DNA of 64,000 nt from an uncultured Gemmatimonadaceae bacterium (GTDB lineage Bacteria; Gemmatimonadota; Gemmatimonadetes; Gemmatimonadales; Gemmatimonadaceae): NCBI GenBank assembly GCA_963740355.1, contig CAVUDW010000002.1, positions 640,001 to 704,000 on the forward strand, in the 5' to 3' direction. Within the stretch, counting starts at the first letter, position 1. Every line of letters begins with the position of its first letter. Below are positions 23,324-33,313 of this stretch, in pieces. A program made the translations under genes and the position numbers. The notes beneath the pieces were generated by a model. That model made no database searches, was not told the DNA's origin, and saw nothing but the letters and a program-made list of their open reading frames with translations.

Positions 23324-24400
23324 ATGTCTCTCGTCATTCCCTCCCGCGCCGTCCCGATCACGGGTCGTCCGATCCGCTTCGGCCTGGTTGGCTGCGGCCG
23401 TATTTCGGCGAACCACATCGGGGCCATCAAGGCGCACCACGAACGCGCCGAGCTGGTGGCGGTGTGTGACGTGAATCCCGAACGGCTGAAGGCGGCGGCA
23501 GCGGAGACGGGGGCGGCGGCCTACGACTCGATCGAGGGGTTGCTGGCGCACGAACCGGCGGTCGACGCGGTCATTCTCGCCACGCCGAGCGGCATTCATG
23601 CCACGCAGGCCATCGCCGTGGCGAAGGCGGGCCGACATGTCGTGACCGAAAAGCCGATGGCCACGCGCTGGCAGGATGGCAAGGCGATGGTCTCCGCCTG
23701 CGACGCCGCCGGGGTGCACCTCTTCGTGGTCAAGCAGAATCGCCGAAACCCGACGCTGCAGCTGGTGAAGCGTGCGATGCAGAAGCACCGGTTCGGCAAG
23801 GTCTACATGGTGAACGTGAACGTCTTCTGGAGCCGACCACAGAGCTACTACGACAGTGCCGCGTGGCGGGGCACCTGGGAGTTCGACGGCGGGGCCTTCA
23901 TGAACCAGGCCAGCCACTATGTCGACCTGCTCGACTGGCTGATCGGCCCCGTGGAAAGTGTGCAGGCGTACACCGCCACCCTCGCCCGCAACATTCAGGT
24001 CGAGGACACCGGCGTGCTCTCGATTCGCTGGCGCACAGGGGCGCTCGGTTCGATGAACGTCACCATGCTCACCTACCCGAAGAATCTCGAAGGGTCGATC
24101 ACGATCCTCGGCGAGAAGGGCACCGTGCGCCTCGGTGGCGTGGCCGTGAACAAGATCGAGCACTGGGAGTTCGAGGACAGCGATCCGGACGACGAACTGG
24201 TGGCCAAGGCGAGCTATGATACGACGTCGGTCTACGGCTTTGGGCATCCGCTCTACTACGACAATGTGATCGGCGCGCTGCGTGGTGACGCGGAGCCTGA
24301 GACCGACGGTCGCGAAGGGCTGCACTCGCTGGAGCTGCTGATCGCGACGTACCTCAGCGCTCGCGATGGCAAGCGAGTCGCGCTGCCGCTGGAGTACTGA
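23324..24400 (+). CDS. Gfo/Idh/MocA oxidoreductase, WbpB/WlbA-like UDP-GlcNAcA 3-dehydrogenase
   Basis: [45 protein letters not shown]; adjacent to a WbpD-like gene. Confidence 0.85.
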   Translation: MSLVIPSRAVPITGRPIRFGLVGCGRISANHIGAIKAHHERAELVAVCDVNPERLKAAAAETGAAAYDSIEGLLAHEPAVDAVILATPSGIHATQAIAVAKAGRHVVTEKPMATRWQDGKAMVSACDAAGVHLFVVKQNRRNPTLQLVKRAMQKHRFGKVYMVNVNVFWSRPQSYYDSAAWRGTWEFDGGAFMNQASHYVDLLDWLIGPVESVQAYTATLARNIQVEDTGVLSIRWRTGALGSMNVTMLTYPKNLEGSITILGEKGTVRLGGVAVNKIEHWEFEDSDPDDELVAKASYDTTSVYGFGHPLYYDNVIGALRGDAEPETDGREGLHSLELLIATYLSARDGKRVALPLEY

Positions 24401-24401
24401 G

Positions 24402-24980
24402 ATGGCGGTGACGATTCACCCGACGGCCATCGTCGACGACGGTGCCGTGATCGGTGACGGGTCGCGCGTCTGGCACTGGGTGCACATCAGTGCTGGTGCT
24501 CGGATCGGCGAACGGTGCTCATTCGGGCAGAACGTGTTCGTGGGCAATCGCGTGGTCATCGGCGACAACTGCAAGGTGCAGAACAACGTCTCCATCTATG
24601 ACAACGTGACGCTCGAGGCGGACGTCTTCTGCGGACCCAGCATGGTGTTCACCAATGTCTACAACCCGCGGTCGGCCGTTTCGCGCAAGGACGAGTACCG
24701 CGATACGCTGATTCGGCGAGGGGCCACGCTTGGCGCGAATTGCACCATCGTGTGCGGCGTGACGGTGGGAGCATTCGCGTTCGTCGGTGCTGGCGCGGTG
24801 GTCAATCACGACGTGCCGCCGTACGCGCTGATGGTCGGTGTGCCGGCGCGACAGATCGGCTGGATGAGCGAACATGGTGAGCGGCTGGCCCTTCCCCTCG
24901 CCGGTGACGGCGAGGCGGATGATCCGGTGACCGGCCAGCGCTATTCGCTACGGGCGGGAATCGTCTCCAGAGTCGACTGA
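24402..24980 (+). CDS. Hexapeptide-repeat N-acetyltransferase, WbpD/WlbB-like
   Basis: [44 protein letters not shown]. Confidence 0.9.
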   Translation: MAVTIHPTAIVDDGAVIGDGSRVWHWVHISAGARIGERCSFGQNVFVGNRVVIGDNCKVQNNVSIYDNVTLEADVFCGPSMVFTNVYNPRSAVSRKDEYRDTLIRRGATLGANCTIVCGVTVGAFAFVGAGAVVNHDVPPYALMVGVPARQIGWMSEHGERLALPLAGDGEADDPVTGQRYSLRAGIVSRVD

Positions 24981-27436
24981 TCATCGGCGCCCGAGTGCAC
25001 GTCCGATGCGATCTCACCGGCCACCGGCATGTACACCGAGACGGCGGTGCCAACCTCGGCTTCGCTATCGACGCCGATGACCCAGCCATGCTGCACGGCG
25101 ATTCCGTGCGCCGCGGCCAGCGCCAACCCGACGCCACGGCCTTCCGCACGCTTGGTCGACCAGAACGGCTCGAACATCTGACGCTGGGCCTCGGTCGACA
25201 TGCCGGTCCCGGTGTCGGCAATTGTCAGTACGATGTATTGCCCTGGCGGCGCGGCGTACGGAACGTCGGGCTCCTCCTCTGGAATCTCGACGAACGTCGT
25301 CGCGAGGGTGAGGGTCCCACCGGCTGGCATCGCGTCACGGGCATTGGAGATCAGAGCGATCACGATCTGGTTCAACAGGAACGGATCCGCGACGACCTGT
25401 GCCGGCGAGACATTGTACAGCACGTCGAGTTCCACGTCGCGGCCGAGCGTGCCGGCCATCGCCTGCACGGCTTCGGTGAGCGTTTCATTGGCGTCGATCA
25501 CGGAGAGCTGGAGCGCATCGCGCCGTGCGAATGACTGCACCTGTCGGGTGAGCGCGAGACCACGCGCCGCCAGTTCGCGGATCCGTTCGATCGCGATCGC
25601 ACGCATGTCGGGATCGTCGTGGCTGTCGATTGCGAGCTGCGTGAAGCCATCGAGCCCCTGCATGACGTCGGCATAGTCGTCGGCGATGTGCGCCGCGAAC
25701 GCGATCACGGGCGACAAATCGGGTGACTCTGTCGGCGTGGTGTTCGAGTTCGCCGGCGGCAGCGCATTGGGTGCCGCGCCATTCGTTGCGACGGTGGTCT
25801 CCTGCTCGACCGGCAGCTCCGGCAGCGCAGGCGGCGCCTCACCGTTCAACGGGCCGTGCCTGGTCTCTTGCGCCGGCACGGGTTCCGGGTCGAAATGCCA
25901 ACGCGGTGGTGCCTCGACCGGTGTCGTCACATCGACTGCCTCTTCTGGCAGCAGGAAGACTGTGACGATTCGCAGCGCATCGCGCGCGTTGGTGGAAAAC
26001 GCCACCGTCACCAGGCACTTGTGCGTCTCGCCGGACAGCGTGCGGATCATCGCGCGGGTGTTCCGAACGATCGGAAAGACCTCATCGAGATCCGACTCGC
26101 GCGGCTCCAGCAACTCAGCACCTGCCTCGTCCAGTAGTTCGCTGTCGCGCTGACCGATCAACGCGCCAACCGGGATACCGAACAGGCGCGAGGCAGCCAC
26201 ATTCGCCTGCTGAATGCGTCCGCTGCCAATGCCCTCGTGTGACGCATCTGCGATCCAGGTTGGGATCGGCGACGATTCGAAAACCTGCGAAAGGCGGCGC
26301 ACTTCGTCCTGCAGCGACTTGCGGCGCTTTTCCATATCCGCAGCCAGCGCGTTCATGGCGGTGCCCAGGACACCGAGTTCGCCGCCACGCTGCGACACGC
26401 TGGTTCGATGTGACAGGGCGCCCGCAGCCAGTCGCTTGGTGTCGGCCACAAGTAGCTGCAGCGGGGCGCTGAAGGCTCGGGATGCGAGCACGACACCGAC
26501 CACGGCGATCGCCAGCGCAAGCACGGATAGCATCAGCACATCGCGGAATCGCTGCTCAGGCACCGCCGCAAGACTGGACTTTGGTACACCGACATACACG
26601 CGCCACGGCAACCGTTTCAGCGTCGCGAATCCGAAGGCGCGTGCGACCTGATCCTTGCCCTTCAATTCGACGACACCTTCGCGAACGGCGCTGGTGGCAA
26701 GAAGCGTCGAGTCGCCGATCTCCGACTCGATCCATCGCTCAGGTACGCGTGGGCGTCCGAGCAGGCCACCGCCACCACCCATGAGCACGGCGATGCCGCC
26801 GTCCGGAAGCGTGTCGCTACCAAGCAGGGACTGAATTGCCCGGTCAGAGAGCACCGCAACCAGCGCGCCTGGCGTGTCCGCGAGGCAATCGCACCGCGTG
26901 GAACTCCGCGTGATCGGGCGAACGATGATCATCGCAATCGAATCGCCGTCCTCGCGCGTGTTGCCTTCGTCCACGAACGTTGACGACGAGGTGTTGTCAC
27001 TTCGCTTTTGGCGCGCGATGCTGATTGCGCTGGCGACCAGCGAGGTGCGTCGAATGGCAGGGAGCCGATCGACGCGTTCCTCACCGCCCATCAACAGGCT
27101 CGTACGCTGACCCGACGTGTCGAGGACCGCGATGGTGAGTGTCGACGACAGTGGACTTGGCTCGGCGTCGATGTTCGTGACTGCTCGGGCCGCCTTGCCC
27201 GGTCGACGGACCTGCACCATCGCAGAGTCCAGCAATTGATCGACGACGAGTAGTCGTGCGTCCATGCTCTGCGCAGTTGCGCGTGCACGCTCGAGGCTCT
27301 GTCCGCTCAGTGTCGAGCCCGCAATTCCCTTCTCACGTTCTGCCGAGAGTGCCGCGTAGAGCAGGAACGGTGCGATCGCAGCTGCGACCACGACCATCAG
27401 TCGACTGCGGAGACTGGCGAGTGGAGAGAGGGTCAC
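24941..27436 (-). CDS. Membrane sensor histidine-kinase-like protein (TM-periplasmic-TM-HAMP-PAS-HisKA-like-HATPase) with a degenerate H-box
   Basis: Two TMs, HAMP (APLQLL...[11 protein letters not shown]), PAS-like segment, [32 protein letters not shown]. The H-box reads IADDY. Confidence 0.85.
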   Translation of the reverse strand: MTLSPLASLRSRLMVVVAAAIAPFLLYAALSAEREKGIAGSTLSGQSLERARATAQSMDARLLVVDQLLDSAMVQVRRPGKAARAVTNIDAEPSPLSSTLTIAVLDTSGQRTSLLMGGEERVDRLPAIRRTSLVASAISIARQKRSDNTSSSTFVDEGNTREDGDSIAMIIVRPITRSSTRCDCLADTPGALVAVLSDRAIQSLLGSDTLPDGGIAVLMGGGGGLLGRPRVPERWIESEIGDSTLLATSAVREGVVELKGKDQVARAFGFATLKRLPWRVYVGVPKSSLAAVPEQRFRDVLMLSVLALAIAVVGVVLASRAFSAPLQLLVADTKRLAAGALSHRTSVSQRGGELGVLGTAMNALAADMEKRRKSLQDEVRRLSQVFESSPIPTWIADASHEGIGSGRIQQANVAASRLFGIPVGALIGQRDSELLDEAGAELLEPRESDLDEVFPIVRNTRAMIRTLSGETHKCLVTVAFSTNARDALRIVTVFLLPEEAVDVTTPVEAPPRWHFDPEPVPAQETRHGPLNGEAPPALPELPVEQETTVATNGAAPNALPPANSNTTPTESPDLSPVIAFAAHIADDYADVMQGLDGFTQLAIDSHDDPDMRAIAIERIRELAARGLALTRQVQSFARRDALQLSVIDANETLTEAVQAMAGTLGRDVELDVLYNVSPAQVVADPFLLNQIVIALISNARDAMPAGGTLTLATTFVEIPEEEPDVPYAAPPGQYIVLTIADTGTGMSTEAQRQMFEPFWSTKRAEGRGVGLALAAAHGIAVQHGWVIGVDSEAEVGTAVSVYMPVAGEIASDVHSGADDQSTLETIPARSE

Positions 27437-27629
27437 GTGGCTGTACCGGGCTCTGGGCTACGTGAAGGGGCGAAACGCGGACTCTGCCCTCTAACCATAG
27501 CACCAGTCACCGAGAGGTACAGAGTCTTGTCGAGCCCGGTACCATGCGGGTTTGGGGAATAAACAAACGTCTGCCCGGACCGGAGTCCGGAACAGACGTT
27601 TTGACCTGCAGACTGGCCGAGCGAAGGGG

Positions 27630-29081
27630 CTAGAAATCGTCGCTCGGACGGCGGCGCTTCTCGGGCACGGCACGGCCATACTGGCCGGCGTCGCTTCGGC
27701 TGATCTTCTTCCGGGCGACCAGCGCTTCGAGCACCAGTTCGCAGGCTGCGGCCGTGGTGCCGTGGTCGGCCATGTCGGACAACCGGAGCGCGCGGACGAT
27801 GTTGAGCAGCGAGGGCACAGTCTCGAACGCCTTCACCATGGTGCTGGCGGAAACGTCGTCACCAACCTGGAGCGCACCACCTTCGTCGAACCAGATGACG
27901 ATGTCATCGCTCGAGAAATCGCGTCCGACGCTGGAGAGTGTTGCGTCGGCTGCACGGCGGATCAGTTCGCGCGCGATCTTTTCGCCGCCAACCAATTCGC
28001 CTTCGTACTCGAGCTCGATCTTGCCGGTGATGGCAGGCAGGGCCGAGTAGACATCGCTCATGCGCGGTACGGCAACGTCTTCCTTCGTCTGCAACGCGCG
28101 GCGTTCCGCATTGGAGACGACGTTCTCGAGCACCGAGATCGGCATGCGCTGCGAGACGCCGCTACGGCGATCGATTCGCTTGTCATCGCGCGCCTCGAAC
28201 GCAATGCGCTCGACCACCTCGGACATGAACGATGGCACGTGAATCTTGACCGACTCGCGCGAGATCCAGGCTTCCTGCTTCGTGATCGACACGCCGAGAT
28301 CGACGGTGAGCGGGTAGTGCGTCACGATTTCGCTGCCGATGCGGTCCTTCAGTGGCGTGATGATCTTGCCGCGCGCCGTGTAGTCTTCCGGATTGGCGGT
28401 GAAGCAGAGCATGACGTCGAGCGGCAGGCGCACGGGGAAGCCTTTGATCTGGACGTCGCCTTCCTGCATGATGTTGAACAGGCCGACCTGCACCTTGCCC
28501 GAGAGGTCGGGCAGCTCGTTGAGCGCAAAGATGCCACGATTGGCGCGCGGGAGCATGCCGAACTGGATGGTGAGCTCGTCACTCAGCATGTGCCCACCGC
28601 GCGCCGCGCGGATCGGGTCGACGTCGCCGATGATGTCGGCGATGGTCACGTCCGGCGTTGCGAGCTTTTCGATATATCGCTCGTCGCGGTGCACCCATGC
28701 GATCGGCGTATCGTCGCCACCTTCGGTGAGGCGCGTCTTGGCGTACTTCGAGATCGGTGCGAACGGGCTGTCGTTGATCTCGCTTCCGGCCACGATCGGC
28801 ATTTCGTCATCGAGAAGCGCTGTCAACGCGCGAAGAATCCGGCTCTTGGCCTGACCACGCAGGCCAAGGAGGATGAAGTTGTGCCGGCTGAGCAGCGCAT
28901 TGACGAGCTGCGGCAGCACGGTTTCCTCGTAGCCGAGGACCCCAGGCAAGAGCGTTCCGCCGGCGCGCAGCCGTTCGAGCAGGTTGGCGCGGATTTCGTC
29001 CTTGACGGACCGCTTGGCACGAGTGGGCTCACCCCAGGTCGAGCGCTTGAGCGCGCCAAGGGTGCTGGGCAACTGGGACAC
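27630..29081 (-). CDS. Mg-chelatase ChlI/MoxR-like AAA+ ATPase
   Basis: Variant Walker A GLRGQAKS, Walker B FALNE, TANPEDYT, PLKDR. Confidence 0.85.
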   Translation of the reverse strand: MSQLPSTLGALKRSTWGEPTRAKRSVKDEIRANLLERLRAGGTLLPGVLGYEETVLPQLVNALLSRHNFILLGLRGQAKSRILRALTALLDDEMPIVAGSEINDSPFAPISKYAKTRLTEGGDDTPIAWVHRDERYIEKLATPDVTIADIIGDVDPIRAARGGHMLSDELTIQFGMLPRANRGIFALNELPDLSGKVQVGLFNIMQEGDVQIKGFPVRLPLDVMLCFTANPEDYTARGKIITPLKDRIGSEIVTHYPLTVDLGVSITKQEAWISRESVKIHVPSFMSEVVERIAFEARDDKRIDRRSGVSQRMPISVLENVVSNAERRALQTKEDVAVPRMSDVYSALPAITGKIELEYEGELVGGEKIARELIRRAADATLSSVGRDFSSDDIVIWFDEGGALQVGDDVSASTMVKAFETVPSLLNIVRALRLSDMADHGTTAAACELVLEALVARKKISRSDAGQYGRAVPEKRRRPSDDF

Positions 29082-29240
29082 GAAGAACTCCGAAATTCAG
29101 AATGAAACAACTGGTCTGCAGCTAACGCCTCGGGCCGCCACGATCGTTTCCGCTCCCCGGGCTGCTGTCAAAGAGTAGCCATCCCAGCAATCCTCTTCAG
29201 CGAACGCAACCCAGGGCTGCTGCTGTTGAGTGCCAGGGGC

Positions 29241-31370
29241 TCAACCGACGGCAGTGACTTCGACGAGGTTGTCGTAGAACACCGGACCTTCGCCCATGTC
29301 GGTGAGGCGTTGCGACGTGGTGTCGTTGGCGTTGCGGCCGTCATCGGCGAGTTTCGTCCACCAGATCGACGGCGCCCAGATCACGCCGGGGCGGATGCCG
29401 GTCGAGATGCGCAGACGCGCGTGAAACGCGCCGCGGTCGTTCTGGATCTGCACCACCTGTTCGTCGTTCAGCGCCCGCAGCCCCGCATCATCGGGATGCA
29501 TGATGCACTCTGGCTCGCGCGCGGCCCGCCGAAGAGAAGGGACGTTGACGAAGGTGGTGTTGAGGAACTGGTGTGCGGGACTCGAGATGAGCTGCAACGG
29601 GAAGCGCGCGGCGAGCGCCGGGCTCGTTTCGACAGACTCATACGGGGCGATGTATGTCGGCACGGGATCGAGACCCAGCTCTGCCAAACGGGGCGAGAAG
29701 AACTCGCACCGGCCACTTGGTGTGAGGAATCCGCCCTCTGCGAAGGGGAGAAATGGGCGCGGCACATTCAACCGCACCCAGCCACGTTCCATGAGCGCCT
29801 CGAAGGTGACGCCCTGCATCCGCTGGTGATTCGATGCCAGCGCCTGCCGGATCATGGTGATGTCGTCATCACGCAGCGATGGGTCCTCCAACTGCATCGC
29901 GGCGGCGAGTCGCCGGAAGATCTCGGTGTTCGGGAGTGACTCTCCGACGGGGGCAATCGCCGGTCGGTTGAGCGACGCGTAGAGATGCCCGTACGCGGTA
30001 TGCACATCCCAGTGTTCGAGTTGTGTGGTCGCCGGAAGCACGAAGTCAGCCCAGTCAGCGGTATCGGTCAGGAAGTGCTCGAGCACAACCGTGAACAGGT
30101 CGTCACGCGCCAGACCGCGGCGCACGGCAGATCGATCAGGGGCGACGGCCGCGGGATTGCTGTTGTAAACGATCAGCGCCTGCACTGGTGGCCCGCCCAC
30201 GCCGGCGTCGGCGGCGGTGAGCGCCTCACCGAGAAGGCTCATATTGATGGTGCGCGCGGCCGGGCCGAGGTCGGGCCGCTGCAGCCCATCCTTGTTCATG
30301 GCGAAGGTTCCGCTCGACGACAGGTTCACACCGCCGCCGGCGCGGCGCCAATGCCCGGTGAGCGCAGGCAGGCAGGCGATGGTTCGAACGGCCATGCCAC
30401 CGCCTGCGTGCCGCTGCAGACCGTAGTTGATGCGCAGGAACGCAGCCTTTGCCGCGCCGTACGCTGCGGCCAGTGCAGCAATCCGCTCTGCGGCGATTCC
30501 TGTCACATCAGCGGTTCGCTCCAGCGTCCACTCCGCCGCACGCGCCCTCAGTGCGTCGACACCACTCGTGTACCGCTCGATGTAGTCGTGATCGAGCCAG
30601 TCATGTGCGAAGAGCTCATGCATGATGCCGAGTGCAAGGGCGGCGTCGGTGCCGGGCTTGAGTGCGATCCACTCGTCGCACTGCTCGGCGGTCCTGGTCC
30701 GGATCGGATCGATGCAGATGACTCGCGTGCCCTTCTTGCGCGCATCGAGCACGAACGGCCAGAGATGAGGGTTGGCCGTCAGCGTATTCGTGCCCCACAA
30801 GACAATGAGGTCGCTCTCCGGCACCCCCTCGATGTCTGCGCCAACGCTGCCGCCGACGGTCATCATCATGCCAACGCGTCCAGCCTCAGCGCAGATGGTC
30901 CGGTTGAGTCGACTGGCGCCGATGGCATGAAAGAATCGCCGATCCATCGAGCTGCCCTGCAGCTGCCCCATCGTCCCGGCGTACGAATAGGGCAGGATCG
31001 CTTCCGGTCCGTGCGGCCCATTCCGAATCGCATCGAGCCGTGCCGCGATTTCGGCGAGAGCGACTTCCCATGTGCAACGTTCGAACTGACCGCTCCCTTT
31101 CGGCCCGATGCGACGCAATGGCGTCGTCAATCGATCCGCGTGATACGTGCGATCGAGATATCGATTGACTTTTGCGCAGAGAAATCCGCTGGTGACGGGA
31201 TGCGATGGGTCACCCTGAATGCGCGTCGCGCGGCCACTTCCATCAACTGTGACGAGCGTGGCGCAGGTGTCCGGACAGTCATGCGGGCAGGCACCGCGGA
31301 CGACGGTTTCGGTCACGATTTCGGCAACTTCGGCTGTATTCGGCACAATCCGGCAGGATTTTGGGGGCAA
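29241..31370 (-). CDS. Molybdopterin (bis-MGD) oxidoreductase family protein
   Basis: N-terminal CPHDCPDTC...C Fe-S motif, LWGTN, IDPIRT, PGTDAAL, DFVLPAT; no Tat signal seen. Confidence 0.92.
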   Translation of the reverse strand: MPPKSCRIVPNTAEVAEIVTETVVRGACPHDCPDTCATLVTVDGSGRATRIQGDPSHPVTSGFLCAKVNRYLDRTYHADRLTTPLRRIGPKGSGQFERCTWEVALAEIAARLDAIRNGPHGPEAILPYSYAGTMGQLQGSSMDRRFFHAIGASRLNRTICAEAGRVGMMMTVGGSVGADIEGVPESDLIVLWGTNTLTANPHLWPFVLDARKKGTRVICIDPIRTRTAEQCDEWIALKPGTDAALALGIMHELFAHDWLDHDYIERYTSGVDALRARAAEWTLERTADVTGIAAERIAALAAAYGAAKAAFLRINYGLQRHAGGGMAVRTIACLPALTGHWRRAGGGVNLSSSGTFAMNKDGLQRPDLGPAARTINMSLLGEALTAADAGVGGPPVQALIVYNSNPAAVAPDRSAVRRGLARDDLFTVVLEHFLTDTADWADFVLPATTQLEHWDVHTAYGHLYASLNRPAIAPVGESLPNTEIFRRLAAAMQLEDPSLRDDDITMIRQALASNHQRMQGVTFEALMERGWVRLNVPRPFLPFAEGGFLTPSGRCEFFSPRLAELGLDPVPTYIAPYESVETSPALAARFPLQLISSPAHQFLNTTFVNVPSLRRAAREPECIMHPDDAGLRALNDEQVVQIQNDRGAFHARLRISTGIRPGVIWAPSIWWTKLADDGRNANDTTSQRLTDMGEGPVFYDNLVEVTAVG

Positions 31371-31395
31371 TCACGAGATATATCTCGAAATCCAC

Positions 31396-31423
31396 TTGAC
31401 ACACGCACTTGCCGGAATATCCT
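31396..31423 (+). promoter_or_regulatory. sigma-70 promoter for the small lipoprotein gene
   Basis: TTGACA-N16-TATCCT; AGGAGA RBS before ATG 31503. Confidence 0.55.
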
Positions 31424-31502
31424 TCACTCCGCTTCCAGCCGGCGGGCCCGCCGACCGGGAGCTTCAGTTTGTCACCACCTCGGATATCCAGGAGATTTCC
31501 CA

Positions 31503-31703
31503 ATGAAGCGTATCGCCACGTTCGCCGCCATGTTCGCACTCGCCGCCTGCGGCGCCAAGACCGAAGCCCCGAAGGTTGACTCGGCTGCAGCTGCTCCGGC
31601 CGCTGCCCCGGCTCCGGAAATGGCCGCCCCGGCCGTTGACACGACCAAGAAGGACAGCACGGCGATGGCCGCTCCGGCCGCTGACACCGCCAAGAAGATG
31701 TAA
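31503..31703 (+). CDS. Small Ala/Pro-rich lipoprotein (66 aa)
   Basis: MKRIATFAAMFALAAC lipobox, strong RBS, own promoter and terminator. Confidence 0.85.
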   Translation: MKRIATFAAMFALAACGAKTEAPKVDSAAAAPAAAPAPEMAAPAVDTTKKDSTAMAAPAADTAKKM

Positions 31704-31725
31704 TTCGCCCTCACCGGCGAAGTTG

Positions 31726-31760
31726 GCGGGGCTGCTCTCACGAGCAGCCCCGCTTTTTTT
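31726..31760 (+). terminator. Rho-independent terminator
   Basis: GCGGGGCTGCTC-tcac-GAGCAGCCCCGC followed by T7. Confidence 0.92.
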
Positions 31761-31808
31761 ACGCCTCTAGTCTTGTCTGCGGCGCGATCGATCCAAGAAC
31801 TACTGATT

Positions 31809-31923
31809 GGAGCCGTGCCGGCGCGAGGGTTCCATTCTCCCGCATTCGGCGCCGTACCGGCGAGCGTGGTCCACTCTCCCTCATTCGGCGCCGTACCGGC
31901 GCGAGACGTCCACACTCCCTCAC
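31809..31923. repeat. Three imperfect tandem 39-bp repeats
   Basis: Units start at 31809, 31848 and 31887 (approx. GGCGCCGTACCGGCGCGAG...TCCACTCTCCCTCATTC). Confidence 0.85.
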
Positions 31924-32227
31924 GCGGAGGCGCGGTGGACGCGGAGCCGCGGTGGACGCGGAGCCGCGGGGAACTGCTCGGGACGCCTGTGGCGGCGGAG
32001 GGGTCAACACCGGGCGAAGGGCAACTTCCCAGGGACTTGCAACGAGACCGCTGTTTGGGGTTTTCGGCCCGCACGGCAGCGGTGTTGTTGGAGCCTGCTG
32101 CTACCGGGTGCCGGAGGTGGTGACCGCGCGCGCAGTTCCCCCGCAGTTCATCCTCCAAGCCACGCATTTGCTGGCCGCCGCGAGCGAAAGCTCCGCGGCT
32201 CCGCGGTTCTCCGCGCCTCCGCGTGAG
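31919..32227. mobile_element. MITE/REPIN-like element with long terminal inverted repeats
   Basis: CTCACGCGGAGGCGCGG (31919-31935) is the exact reverse complement of 32211-32227. A second 13-bp pair lies at 31940-31952/32193-32205 and an inner GGGGAACTGC/GCAGTTCCCC pair follows. Confidence 0.65.
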
Positions 32228-32285
32228 AAGTGTGGACCGCCAGGCGTAAGCGAAGCGTCGCCGTAGGAAGCGAGCAGCGCTCCTG

Positions 32286-33299
32286 CTACTCGTCCGGAGC
32301 GCCGATCACGGAAACAGTATGGCGCTCGTCGTCGGCGCTGGACCAGATGAGCACGGCCCCGTCGGCGACTTCTCGGCGGAGCATGGCGATGCCAGTCAGC
32401 TGGCCTTCGTCATCCAACGCAATGCTGCGCGTGTCTCCGACCGTGTTGCCGTCGGCGACGGCGAGAGGAGCGCCGAGCGGCGGGATGGCGGTGTCGGCGG
32501 ACGATATTCGGCGAAGGGTGCGATTGACGTGGCCGCGGAAGTGGACGCGAGCGACCGTTTCCTGGCCCGTATAACACCCCTTCTTGTACGATATCGCCTG
32601 CAGCGCGTCCATGTTCGCTTCCTGCGCCAGCGTGCCTTCGTCCATGTCGATGCCCCACTCAGGGCGGCCGGCGATCACGCGCAGGCGGTGCCACTCACTG
32701 TCGGTTCCGGGCGTCGCACCCACCGATACCAGCGCCGCGTGTACTGCGGCACTGTGTGCGACATCGCCGAGCAGGTCGAAGGTCTCCGTCGCACCGAGAT
32801 CGGGCACGCGAACCAGCGTGACGACCGAATCGGCGATGTCGATGGCTCGGTGCGTGAAGGGGAGGCCGCTGCCAACCGCGTCGATGGCACTCGCATCAGC
32901 GCCGAGCGTCCGCAGCACATCGAGCGCGGCCGTTCCGTGCAGGGTGAGACACGACGTCGTGGCGGAGATGTCGGCGTACTTCGCCAGGCGAGGATTGACG
33001 TACTTGCGAATCATCGCGGCAAACCCGACGCCAGCCGCCGTGTTGGCATCGACGACGAAGGAGTCGACCAGACCTTCGGCACCCGTATTCGCAAGGATGC
33101 GGACATCAGCAATGATGCGCCCCTTGGCCGTCAGCGCACAGGCGTAGAGGCCTTCACCGGCTTTCAGCGCGAGTACGTCGTTCGTCACCAGCCCCGTGAG
33201 CGACTCAGCCGCCTTGGCACCGGTGAATTGCATACGCAACCGCGCGCTTCGATCAAAGAGCAGCGGTGCGGCTGATGGCGTCGAGCCTGATGAAATCAT
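32286..33299 (-). CDS. ygfZ: YgfZ/GcvT-family folate-binding Fe-S maturation protein
   Basis: Signature KGCYTGQETVAR. Confidence 0.9.
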   Translation of the reverse strand: MISSGSTPSAAPLLFDRSARLRMQFTGAKAAESLTGLVTNDVLALKAGEGLYACALTAKGRIIADVRILANTGAEGLVDSFVVDANTAAGVGFAAMIRKYVNPRLAKYADISATTSCLTLHGTAALDVLRTLGADASAIDAVGSGLPFTHRAIDIADSVVTLVRVPDLGATETFDLLGDVAHSAAVHAALVSVGATPGTDSEWHRLRVIAGRPEWGIDMDEGTLAQEANMDALQAISYKKGCYTGQETVARVHFRGHVNRTLRRISSADTAIPPLGAPLAVADGNTVGDTRSIALDDEGQLTGIAMLRREVADGAVLIWSSADDERHTVSVIGAPDE

Positions 33300-33313
33300 G
33301 ACGGTGTCTCAGT

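Noticed and set aside
29985..31502. 572-aa plus-strand ORF
   Set aside because: It is antisense to the molybdoenzyme; only its last 66 codons, with RBS and lipobox, look real.
31773..32266. Short ORFs across the repeat region
   Set aside because: They are translations of the repeats, open in several frames, with no RBS or recognisable domain.
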